Source of the DNA: Selaginella moellendorffii
Taxonomy: Eukaryota > Plantae > Lycopodiophyta
DNA: 64,000 bases
Reading direction: 5' to 3'
Assembly: GCF_000143415.4 (NCBI RefSeq)
Contig: NW_003314399.1
Location: 81,428 to 145,427 of the forward strand
Part shown: one piece after another, positions 11,093 to 23,362 of the stretch
Layout: each line of letters starts with the position of its first letter
How positions within the stretch are numbered: position 1 is the first letter of the stretch
Notes under the pieces: generated by a model
What the model saw: the letters and a program-made list of their open reading frames with translations, nothing else
Told to the model about the DNA's origin: nothing
The model's database searches: none
Made by a program: the position numbers and the translations under genes

Positions 11093-11840
11093 TCGGACTC
11101 GGACTCGGACTCGAACTCGAACTCGGACTCGGTCTCGGTCCCGGTTTCGGACTCGGACTCGGTCTCGGTCTCGGTTTCAGTCTCGGTCTCGGTCCCGGTT
11201 CCATCTCGGACTCCATCTCGGGTCCATCTCGGACTCCATCTCGGGTCCACCTCGGACTCCATCTCGGACTCCATCTCGGGTCCATCTCGGACTCCATCTC
11301 AGACTCCATCTCGGGTCCACCTCGGACTCCATCTCGGACTCCATCTCGGGTCCATCTCGGACTCCATCTCAGACTCCATCTCGGGTCCATCTCGGACTCC
11401 ATCTCGGACTCCTTTTCGGGTCCATCTCGGGTCCATCTTGGACTCCATCTCGGACTCCATCTCGGTCCATCTCGGACTCCATCTCGGGTCCACCTCGGAC
11501 TCCATCTCGGACTCCATCTCGGGTCCATCTCGGACTCCATCTCAGACTCCATCTCGGGTCCATCTCGGACTCCATCTCGGACTCCTTTTCGGGTCCATCT
11601 CGGGTCCATCTTGGACTCCATCTCGGACTCCATCTCGGTCCATCTCGGACTCCATCTCGGGTCCATCTCGGCCTCCACTTCGGACTCCAACTCGGGTCCA
11701 TCTCGGACTCCACTTCGGACTCCATCTTGGACTCCATCTCGGACTCCATCTCGGACTCCAACTCAGGTCCATCTCGGACTCCACTTCGGGTCCATCTCGG
11801 ACTCCACTTCGGACCTCCAACTCGGGTCCATCTCGGACAC
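11093..11840. repeat. Minisatellite in X LTR (CTCGGA/CTCGGT hexamers, then CCATCTCGGACT/CCATCTCGGGT units)
   Basis: Seen directly; produces many spurious repetitive ORFs. Confidence 0.95.
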
Positions 11841-12070
11841 TTCCATGTGTCATGTGTTGGTCCTTTTTGGGTCCTTTTTTGGAGCCTCGCCTATGGCCCG
11901 CTTCGTGCTCATTCCTCGAACACTTCGTTGGGAGTTCCACTCCCGCTCTTGACTTTTCAAGTCGGAGCTTTTGGTCCAAACTTGTTACGCTTGTTTGGCT
12001 CTCGCTTCGGCCACTACCACATGGCGCCCTTCCGGCTCCACTTTGGGGCCTAGGGATTTTGTGTCTCACA

Positions 12071-15000
12071 AATACTTGCCAAGGCATGGTAGAAAGTGCA
12101 AAGCTATCTTCCTAATTTGGAGGAGAATAACCAAAGGAAATGTATGAGGCCAAAAGGCAAGTAGTAAAGGGATAGAACCAAACCATAGAAATTGACAGGC
12201 ATGACCAAAGGTGGTTATGCAAGTTGGGAGTGGAGAATCAAGTGGGTGCTCAGCATGTTGTTACTAGCGACCAGGATGCCATGGAGAGTCTAAAGCATGG
12301 GATTGTCCATGTTAGACTATATGGTAATTGGAAAGCTTGCGAAAAAAGAGACCTTAGCAAGCTAAGGAACAAAGTTCCTTGAAACTTCCCCTAAGTAGAT
12401 AAGTACCTAGTCAGCCAAGTGTAAATGGTTCATAGAACGCGCGAAATCAGAGTAGCGTAGCAAAAGCATGGTCTTGAAACTTGCCATCAGGCGAGGCTAT
12501 CAAAGTTGGGGAAGTAGTTCCCGAGTGTTCAAAAAGAGGGCTTTGAACGAAAGTCAATGATTGAAGACTTTTACGCTTATGCATGAACCATGTTACGGTG
12601 GCTAGATGACTTCCTAAGTGAGATTGGCAAGTTGGGGGAATGAATACCCTAGTTGAAGGAGCCAACTTCAAAGGGGTGGCACGTGGGGCCGAGGAGTCCA
12701 TGCATGATCATAAACATGTCAAGTGAGAGGACTTGGCAGTGCGGAGGAACTAGGTTCCTAAGCTGTGATTTGTAGCGCACTTTAAATATAAGTTGGTGCA
12801 CCGGTGTGGGGAGTCACGCCAGGCATCTAGTGTGATGCTGTCCGTAGATGCATATATGGAAGTTGGGTTCGAGTCCCGACCCTCTAGTGTTTGGGTTCGA
12901 GTCCCAATTCACTAGGGCACGGTGATGGTTTGGAATATGAGGACACTCATTTTTCGGTGGTCATGGACTCTTAGTAAAGAGACTAGCTTGGGCACACCGC
13001 CAAGCGGGGGATGCCTTGGAGTCGTGATGCACGGTTAGATTGCTTAGTGTGAAAGTTCGGCATATCTAACTTGAAAACTTTGGTGCAAGTGGCACCAAGG
13101 ACGTGGTGAATGAGATGGGGACACCTAGTCTCAGTTGCTATGGACCCTTGGCCGGATGGGATGGCTTGGGTGCACCGCTAAGTGTGGGGGATGCCCCGGG
13201 GTCATGGTCAACAACATAAAGGTCTAGAAGACCTAGTATCTATTGGCAAACCTGTTAAAGTGCCAAGGTTAGATCATTAGGTGGTCTTGTGGCCAAAACA
13301 AGGACAAGGTCCTTGTGAGGTTAAGGGATAAAGTTCCAAGTTCAAAGTGTTTATTAGAACTATTGATGATGGTGTGGCTTGGTCAAGGTGACCAAGTGAG
13401 AAGGACACCTTAGGGAAATGAGATATGTCAATGCAATGACATAGTGAGTTCGAGGAAAGTAGTCTCTATAAGAGACCCATGGGAGGGTCACGAAGCTGGG
13501 CCGTGGATAGAGCCCATAGCAGAAGATGCTAAAAAGACGTACTAGGGGTGAACACCCTCCAGACTTGGCAAAGAAGAGTCTTTGCTATGGAACCGAAATG
13601 ATACCTCAAAAATGGAGGTAATGATCCTATGTTGCTAAGTGCAACAATCAAGGATAGGAGCAAAAGACTAATGGCTAAAAAAGGAGCCATGGGAATTACG
13701 GGAAAGGATCCAAATGGCAAAGTTAGGCCAAAAACACCAATGTGCTGGGTGCTAATGGATTGCGGGAAAGACGATGAGTTTCCATGGATGGATTCCCAAT
13801 TGCTCCGATTTGGCGAAAGTGGAAGCTCCAAGGGTGGGAGCGGTAAAGTAACCAAATGATAGGGACGTGGACAGCCCTAGCACAAATTATGATAACTAGA
13901 ACTTAATGCCAAAGGTGGCACGAAATCGAAGAGAGGATGATGTTGCCCTCAAGTAGAGAACTTCCTAGGATGGGGAAGTGGAGTTGCACAATATATGCAA
14001 TGCAAGGTGTCGAAGACACCCAGGAAATTGACTTCGAGAAGTCAGAATTAAAAGTTCCAAAGTGCAAGAGTTATATCAATGGAAAGTGAGGCCACTCAAG
14101 AATGAGTAGTGGGATTGAGTTAGAGAAGGTGTCTCTAACAAGTTTAGTGAGAACTAAACCAGTAAAAAGGAGGGAACCACCACAAGTGGTCCAATTAGTC
14201 TCTAAGTTGGAGAGACTATACTCCTTAGAGGATGGGGAAGGCATGGTGAGCCTTCAATATCAGACCATTGACAAATATTAGCGAGGGGCCAAGGATGGAA
14301 ACGGTAATACAAGTTGGTATTACTTTATAAAATAGTTTATCGTTCGATGAGGACATCGAACTTCGTCTATGGGTGGTGGAGTTGTGAGACACAAAATCCC
14401 TAGGCCCCAAAGTGGAGCCGAAAGGGTGCCATGTGGTAGTGGCCGAAGTGAAAGCCAAACGAGCGTAACACGTTTGGACTAAAAGCTCCGACTTGAAAAG
14501 GTCGAGAGTGGGAGTGGAACTTCCAACAAAGTGCTCGAGGAATGAGCACGAAGCGAGCAATAAGCAAGGCTCCAAAAAGGGACCCAAAAAGGACCAACAC
14601 ATGACATGTGGAAAAGTCCGAGATGAACCCAAGATGGACCCAAGTTGGGGTCCAAAGTGGAGTCTGAAGTGAAGTCCAAGATGGACCCAAGCTGGGGTCC
14701 AAAGTGGAGTCCAAAGTGGAGTCCAAGATGGACCCGAATTGGAGTCCGAAGTGGAGTCCGAAGTGGAGTCCGAGAAGGACCCGAGATGGACCCGAGATGG
14801 ACCCGAGATGGAGTCCGAGATGGAGTCAGAGATGGATCCGAGATGGACCCGAGATGGATCCGAGATGGAGTTCGACATGGAACCGAGATGGAGTCTAAGA
14901 TGGACCCGAGATGGAGTCCGAGATGGAGTCCGAGATGGACTCGAGATGGAGTTCGAGATGGAGTCCGAGATGGACCCGAGATGGATCTAAGATGGAACCG

Positions 15001-16165
15001 GGACCGAGACCGAGACCGAGACCGAGTCTGAGTCTGAAACCGGGACCGAGACCGAGTCTGAGTCCGAAACCAGGACCGAGACCGAATCTGAGTGCGAGTT
15101 CAATTCCGAGTCCGAGTCCGAATACTAATACAGGCAGTTGGGTGAAAGCCCAAAGCGATCGTCCCCCAGGGGGTGGGGGGCTGCGGGGGGTTCCAAAAGT
15201 ATAGTAGGGAGAGTATGGGGGTTGGAGCCCAGTGAAGCCAGTTTGGCCAGGAAAGGCCAGTTTGGCCCAGGAGAGGCCAGTTTGGCCCAGGAAGGCCATA
15301 CCCAGTGTTGGGTGATGAGCTGACCATTGGGAAGTCCAAGACTAAAGTGAATACGGACCGACAAGCGGGGTAGCTTGGTGAAGTATTCAAGAGCCGGCTC
15401 TAGTTCCCCCGAGAGATCGAATGGTCGATGCTTCCAGTCCAAGTGTGGGTGGCACTACCTCTTTGGATACCTAGTGTGGCTCAACGGAACCTCGCTCTAA
15501 GCCCATGGCTAGAGCACCAAAAGGGCGAAAGGTGGGGACAGTACCCATGAGGCTCGCGTAAGGCCACGGTGTTCCAAAATGTTGTCCCAAAGTCCCAAAC
15601 GGTGAAAAGGAAGAGGAGTAATCCTCTAGTGCAGTGACCAAGGATATGGTCACATGGTGAGAAGTCTTAAAGGATAGTGGGACTTAAAGGTCGGGCCTGC
15701 GGGCCTTGATCCAATGGCAGTGTTGGCGAACACAGCCATGGACGGAAAGGGACTTGGTGAGGACTGGAAAAGGGATATTGGGGAAGGCTATTCCCCATGT
15801 CGGTGGGCATTCTAAGGATGCTAAGGAGTAGATCTAGGATGATCACTCATGGATGGATGGCCCACTCTTTGAGAGACGAGACTATGATGCAGGTGGCGTT
15901 AGACCACCGGTGTGACCAAGGTAAATGGGCATGGCCTTAGTGTAACGGGCCGATACGTCGGTGGTATCTTGGGGTGTCGGTCATGGGATTGGACACGTAG
16001 AGCACTTGGACCAAGTGCAAAGGTTGAGTGGCATGGATGCCATTCTCAGGGCTAGCAAGCCCCAAGTCCTAACTGGGACATATGGAGGTTGTGAATGAGA
16101 CTCCTCCAAGTGGTCGGAGATGCGGTTAAGTGACTGAAGTAAAATGGAAAATTTAGTCGCCTACA
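12071..16165 (+). mobile_element. Family X copy X2 (3' internal part, PPT and 3' LTR 14383-16165), host of X1
   Basis: Inverted homology to 79-1042 and 7564-8330. PPT-like GGGTGGTGGAG at 14371-14381. LTR TGTGAGAC...GCCTACA. Confidence 0.8.
14617..15121. repeat. Minisatellite in X2 LTR (AGATGGAGTCCG/AGATGGACCCG units)
   Basis: Reverse complement of the X1 array. Confidence 0.9.
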
Positions 16166-19100
16166 ACGTGATTCCCTACGCTGGTGCACCAACTTATACT
16201 TAGAGTGTGCTACAGACCACAACTTAGGAACCTAGTTCCTCCGCACTGCCAAGTCCTCTCACTTGACAAGTTTGTGATCATGCATGGACTCCTCAATGTT
16301 TGGCCCCATGGGCCACCCCTTTGAAGTTGGCTCCTTCAACAAAGGTATTTGTTCCTCTGACTTGCCAATCTCACTTAGGAAGTCATCTAGCCACCGTAAC
16401 ATGGTTCATGCATAAGTGTAAAAGTCCTCAACCATTGACTTTCGTTCAAAGCCCTCTCTTTGAACACTCGGGAACTACTTCCCCAACTTTGATAGCCTCG
16501 CCTCATGGCAAGTTTCAAGACCACACTTCTGCTATGCTACTCTAATTTTGCGCGTTTTATGAACCATTTACACTTGGCTTTCTAGGTATCAAGCTACCTA
16601 GAATTGTCTTTGGGAACCTTTGCAGGAACTCTGTCCTTTAACTTGCTAAGGTGTCTCTTTTCGCAAGCTTTCTAATTGCCATATAGTCTAATATAGACAA
16701 TTCCATGCTCTAGACTCTCTATAGCATCACGGTTGCTAGTAACAACATGCTCAAACAGCCACTTGATTCTCCACTCTCAACTTGCATAACCACCATTGGC
16801 CATGCCTGTCGATTCCTATGGTTTGGTTCCATCCCTTTATTACTTGCTTTTGGCCTCACATATTCCTTTGGTTACTCTCCTCCAGATTAGGAAGATAGCT
16901 TTGCACTTTCTACCATGCTTTAGCAAATATTTATAAGGATGAACCTACCCGATAGCCTAGGGAGTTCCTCAATCCGGGTATGCTCACTTTATAATCCCAC
17001 ACACTGGGATTAACGTTGCTACTTATGGGCCTTTATATGCCCATCATTAGCCTTTGCCAAAATCCCTTTTTAGTTTTGTCCAATTCGAGTAAGCGGACTT
17101 CTCCCATCTCCACAACTTTGGACGTTTGGATAGCACCTCCTATTCATCATTTGTTAGGGACTTTGTCCCTTGGGCCTTATCTTTTGCCCTCATGACACCA
17201 AACACCACCTTTTGGTGTTCTAGAGTGTTTGGGTGTCCCAATGATGGCCTCTCTGACAATGAGCATTCCCTTTTTGATATTGACTTACTATATCACAACA
17301 TAAGCAATTTATCCCCCATAAGGGTATATCTAACTTCCTTATCTCAATAAGAAGTCTTAGGTAGTTGCCTTCTACCAATTTATCGAATTATTTTGCACCT
17401 TTTGCTTAGTTGCCTCATAGTTGTCAAGTCCTATAACTTATTGCTAGTGCTTCCACACCTTCATCATTATTTGGGTCACCACACTCTAACCACATGCCTT
17501 CTAGCTTAGGCTATACCATTCTCATTTCCATTGGGATTCCTTTGGAAGGGGTTCTCATGAACCGACCAACTTGACCTCAAGGCAGCACACCTTAGTACAT
17601 TCGGTGTCTCCACACCATCGGCTCCACAAGCCTACCTTTATGACACTTCTTACTTGTGTCTAAGTCTTTTGCCAAGACCAATACGGTTGTCTCTTATGCC
17701 AATTATCCATTAGCACTACACCATAGAGTTCACGCACAACTTTGTGTCAAAGATGTTTTCTTTCGGTCCGGGAAACTCTTTCCCACGACTTTAACATGGC
17801 ACCTTCTGCCATCAATGAGTTACATACTGTTCTCATGCTTAGATCTCAAGATCCTCCCCATCTTTTGTGGGGCACCACACACTTCAGTCCAAATGCTTCC
17901 ATCAATCCTTTAGGATTATTCTTTAACTGTATTGGAGTTATCCAACTTTTTGGACTTTGCTAATGCGACAACCCATGAGGTTCTACTTTTGAGGTGTCAA
18001 CTCACTGGAATACAACTTTTTGTATTCATGTCCTACTCACAAGGACCATCTTTGCAAGTGTTACTCCAACACTTGATTTTGTTCTCTAAGGGCAACCTTT
18101 TGCCCTTTATGACCACTTGTCCATGTGAGGAGAATACCAACTCATCCTCTAAGTACACCCCTAACTCCTTGGGTTGTTCCAGCATTTATTAGAGGTAGCC
18201 CCGGCTACCATTTCAAGGATTTGTGTCCTCTTTCGTATTTAAACTCCCACAGTCACCAATTTCGGTCCCAAACTTAGACCAGCCTCAACTACATGAGGGT
18301 AATTTTGTGACTCCTTTATTATTTCGGAGTCTGCATCTTTCCCATGATCCCAACTATAGTTGTTTACCACGACCATATTAGCTAGTTTTCTGCATCAAAC
18401 GCTCATCTGGATCACACCCTCAACTCTCTGAGGAAACCCTTATACTGTTCCCAAGATCCCAAAGTCATTCCCTTACTGGCCTTTTTCCATCCACCACATT
18501 GCGCACAAGTTCACGTATGAACTTGAGTGAAGAGCCATGTCCTCTCGACATGCTACTCCTCGAGCATAGGTCCATACCTAGGACCTTCCAATTTCAATAC
18601 AAGTGGTGATATACTTGGCCACCAATAAGAGTCAGACTAAGGAATAGCTCTGATACCAAATTGTAAGCGACTAATGTTTCCATTGTACTTTGGTCACTTA
18701 ACCATATTTCCGACCACTTGGAGGAGTCTCATTCACAACCTCCATAAGTCCAATTCAGGACTTGGGGCTTGCTCGCCTCGAGAATGGCATCCATGCCACT
18801 CAACCTTTGCACTTGGTCCAAGTGCTCCACGTGTCCGATCCCACAATCGACACCACAAGGTACCACCGACATATCAGCCCATTACGCTAGGCCATACCCA
18901 TTCACCTTGGTCACATCGGTGGTCTAACACTATCTGCATTGCAATCCCGTCTCTCCAAGACTGGGGCATTCGTCCATGAGTGGTCCTCCTAAATCCACTC
19001 TTTAGCATCCCTAAGATGCTCACAGACATGGGGAATAGCCTTCCCCAATATCTCCTTTCCGGTCCTCACCAAGTTCCTTTCTGTCCATGGCTGTGTTCGC

Positions 19101-19610
19101 CAACACTGCCACTGGATCAAGGCCCACAGGCCCGACCACTAAGTCCCACAGTCCTCTGGGACTTCCTCACCGTGTGACTATGTCCTTGGTCACCACACCA
19201 GAGGGCTACTCCTCTTCTTTTCCACATCCTGGGACTTTGGGACAACATTTCGGAACACCGTGGCCCTACGCGGGCCTTCCCCACCTTCGGCCTTTGGGTT
19301 CTCTAGCCAAGAGCTTAGAGTGAGGTTCTGTTGAGCCATGCCTCGTATCCAAGTAAGTAGTGCCACCCACACTTGGATTGGAAGCATTGACCATTCGATC
19401 TCTCGGGGGAACTAGAGCCGGCTCTTGAACACTTCACCAAGCTACCCCACTTGTCGGTCCATATTCACTCTAGTCTTGGACTTATCAATGGTCAGCTCAT
19501 CACCCAACACCTGGGTACAGCCTTCCTGGGCCAAACTGGCCTTTTTTGGCCAAACTAGCTCCTTGGGGACAATTGCTTTGGGCTTTCACCCAACTGCCTG
19601 TATTAGTATT

Positions 19611-20085
19611 TGGACTCAGACTCGGACTCGGACTCAGTCTCGGTCTCGGTCCCGGTTTCGGACTTGGACTCGGTCTCGGTCTTGATCTCGGTCCCGGTCC
19701 CAGTTCCATCTCAGACTCCATCTCGGACTCCATCTCGGGTCCATCTCGGGTCCATCTCGGACTCCATCTTTGGTCCATCTCAGACTCCATCTTGGGTCCA
19801 TATTGGGTCCTCCTTGGACTCCATCTCAGACTCCAACTCGGGTCCATCTCAGACTCCATCTCAGACTCCATCTCAGACTTCATCTTGGGTCCATCTCGGA
19901 TCCATCTTGGACTCCATCTCGGATCCATCTCGGGTCTATCCCGGGTCCACCTTGGATCCATCTTGGACTCCATCTTGGATCCATCTCAGACTCCATCTTG
20001 GATCCATCTTGGACTCCATCTTGGATCCATCTCGGACTCCATCTCGGGTCCATTTCGGACTCCATCTCGGGTCCATCTCGGGTCC
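19611..20085. repeat. Minisatellite in X3 LTR
   Basis: CCATCTCGGACT-type units. Confidence 0.9.
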
Positions 20086-23015
20086 CTTTCCTAGAGACTC
20101 ACTTATCTCTCACTTCATGTTTGTTCCTTGAGCACTTCATTGGGAGTTCCACTCCTGCTCTTGGCCTTTCAAGTTGGAGTTTTCAGTCCAAACGTGTTAT
20201 GCTCGTTTGGCTTTCGCTTCGGCCACTACCACATGGCACCCTTCCGGCTCGGCTCCACTTTGGGGCCTAGGGATTATATGTCTCACAACTCCACCACCCA
20301 TAGACGAAGTTCGATGTCCTTATTGAACGATAAACTATTTTATAAAGTAATACCAACATGTATTACCCTTTCCATCCTTGGCACCTTGCCAATATTTGTC
20401 AATGGTTTGACACTGAAGGCTCACCATGCCTTGTTCACCCTCTAAAGAGCATAGTCTCTCCAACTTAGAAACTCATTCGACCACTTGTGATGGTTCTCTC
20501 GTTTTATTGGTTTAGTTCTCGCTAAACTTGTTAGAAACACCTTCTCTAACTCAATCCCACTACTCATTCTCGAGTAGTCTCAATTTCCATCGATATAACC
20601 CTTGCACTTTGGAACTTTTAATTCTAACTTCTCGGAGTTAATTTCCTGGATGTCTCTGACACCTTGCATTACACATATTATGCAACTCCACTTCCCCATC
20701 CTAGAAAGTTCTCTACTTAAGGGCACCATCATCCTCTCTTCTACTTCATGCTACCTTTAACACTAAATTCTAGTTATCATAATTTGTGCTAAGGCTGTCC
20801 ACGGCTCTATCATTTGGCTACCTTACAACTCCTTCCTTTTGAGCTTTTACTTTCGCCAAATCGGAGCAATTGGGAATCCATCCTTGGAAACACATTGCCT
20901 TCCTCACAATCTGTTAGCAACCAACACCTTCGTGTTCCTGTCCTAACCTTGTTATTTGGATTCCTTCCCATGATTCCCATGGCTCTATTTTTTTTTTTTT
21001 TTTTTTCTGGCCATTAATCTTTGCTCCTATCCTTTGATTGTTGCACCCAGCAACATAAGATTGCTACCTCCATTTCCGAGGTATCCTTTCAATTCCATAA
21101 CAAGGACTTTGCTTTGCCAAGTCCAGAGGGTGTTCACCCCTAGTACATCTCTTTAACATTTTCTGCTATGGGCTCTATCCACGGCCTAACTTTGTGACCC
21201 TCTCAAGGGTCTTTTATAGAGACTACTTTCTTCAGACATGCTATGCCATTGCATTGACATAACTCATTTCCCTTAGGTGTTCTTCCCATTTGGTCATCTT
21301 GACCAAGCCAAACCATTCTCAATAGTTCAAGTCAACACTTTGAATTAGGAACTTTATTCCTTAACTTCATAAGGACTTTGTCCTTATTTTAGCCATAAGA
21401 TCACCTAATGATCTAACCTTGGCACCTTAACAGGTTTGCCAATAGGTATTAAGTTTTCTAGACCTTTAAATTGTTCACCATAACCCTGGGGGCATCCTCC
21501 ACACTTGGCGGTGCACCCAAGCCAACCCTTCCAGCCAAGGGTCCATGGCAAGTGAGACTAGGTGTCCCCATCTCCTTCACCATGTCTTTAGTGCCACTTG
21601 CACCAAAGTGCTCAAGTTAGGTATGCCAAGCTACTCTAAGCAATTTAACCATGCATCACGACTCCGGGGCATCCCTTGCTTAGTGGTGTGCCCAAGCTAG
21701 TCTCCTTACTAAGAGTCCATGACCACCGAAATATAAATGTCCTCATATTCCAAACCATCACTATGCCCTAGTGAGTTGGGACTTGAACCCAAGCACTAGA
21801 GGGTCGGGACTCGAACCCAACCTCCATATATGCATCTACGGATGGAATCACCCAGGATGCCTGGTGTGATTCCCCACGCCGGTGCACCAACTTATACTTA
21901 AAGTGTGCTACAGACCACAACTTAGGAACCTAGTTCCTCCGCACTGCCAAGTCCTCTCACTTGACAAGTTTGTGATCATGCATGGACTCCTCAATGCTTG
22001 GCCCCATGGGCCACCCCTTTGAAGTTGGCTCCTTCAACAAAGGTATTTGTTCCCCCGACTTGCCAATCTCACTTAGGAAGTCATCTAGCCACCATCATGC
22101 ATAAGCGTAAAAGTCCTCAACCATTGACTTTCGTTCAAAGCCCTCTCTTTGAACACTCGGGAACTACTTCCCCAACTTTGATAGCCTCGCCTCATGGCAA
22201 GTTTCAAGACCACGCTTCTGCTACACTACTCTGATTTTGCGCGTTTTATGAACCATTTACACTTAGCTTTCTAGGTATCAAGCTACCTAGAATTGTCTTT
22301 GGGAACCTTTGCAGGAACTTTGTCCTTTAGCTTGCTAAGGTCTCTCCTTTCGCAAACTTTCTAATTGCCATATGGTCTAATATAGACAATTCCATGCTCT
22401 AGACTCTCTATAGCATCACGGTTGCTATATAGCCCTAAGATGCTCACAGACATGGGGAATAGCCTTCCCCAATATCTCCTTTCCGGTCCTCACCAAGTTC
22501 CTTTCTGTCCATGGCTGTGTTCGCCAACACTGCCACTGGATCAAGGCCCACAGGCCCGACCACTAAGTCCCACAGTCCTCTGGGACTTCCTCACCGTGTG
22601 ACTATGTCCTTGGTCACCACACCAGAGGGCTACTCCTCTTCTTTTCCACAGCCTGGGACTTTGGGACAACATTTCGGAACACCGTGGCCCTACGCGGGCC
22701 TTCCCCACCTTCGGCCTTTGGGTTCTCTAGCCAAGAGCTTAGAGTGAGGTTCTGTTGAGCCATGCCTCGTATCCAAGTAAGTAGTGCCACCCACACTTGG
22801 ATTGGAAGCATTGACCATTCGATCTCTCGGGGGAACTAGAGCCGGCTCTTGAACACTTCACCAAGCTACCCCACTTGTCGGTCCATATTCACTCTAGTCT
22901 TGGACTTATCAATGGTCAGCTCATCACCCAACACCTGGGTACAGCCTTCCTAGGCCAAACTAGCTCCTTGGGGACAATTGCTTTGGGCTTTCACCCAACT
23001 GCCTGTATTAGTATT

Positions 23016-23362
23016 TGGACTCAGACTCGGACTCGGACTCAGTCTCGGTCTCGGTCCCGGTTTCGGACTTGGACTCGGTCTCGGTCTCGGTCCCGGTCCC
23101 GGTCCCGGTTCCATCTCGGACTCCATCTCGGGTCCATCTCGAACTCCATCTCGAACTCCATCTATGGTCCATCTCGGGTCCATCTCGAGTCCACCTCGAA
23201 CTCCATCTCGGACTCCATCTCAAGTCCATCTCGGACTCCATCTCAAATCCATCTCGGACTCCATCTCGGGTCCATCTCGGGTCCACCTCGGACTCCATCT
23301 TGGATCCATCTCGGACTCCATTTCGAGTCCATCTCGGGTCCATCTCGGGTCCATCTCGGGTC
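23016..23362. repeat. Minisatellite in X4 LTR
   Basis: CCATCTCGGACT-type units. Confidence 0.9.

Larger units (their letters stand above)
79..12070 (-). mobile_element. Non-autonomous LARD-like LTR retrotransposon 'family X', copy X1 (5' LTR 10064-12070; internal region interrupted by the chromovirus; 3' part missing)
   Basis: Minus-strand LTR starts TGTGAGAC (12070) and ends GCTTACA (10064), followed by an iMet-type PBS TGGTATCGGAGC. Internal 7564-10048 and 79-1042 are homologous to other copies in the window. No recognisable gag/pol ORF. Confidence 0.8.

Noticed and set aside
11093-11840. CRISPR-like array
   Set aside because: No unique spacers; contiguous tandem units in a eukaryotic LTR.
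10839-12115. Long ORFs in several frames on both strands (also at 14.2-15.4, 19.5-20.3 and 22.9-23.7 kb)
   Set aside because: By-products of a stop-poor minisatellite; not conserved in frame between copies.
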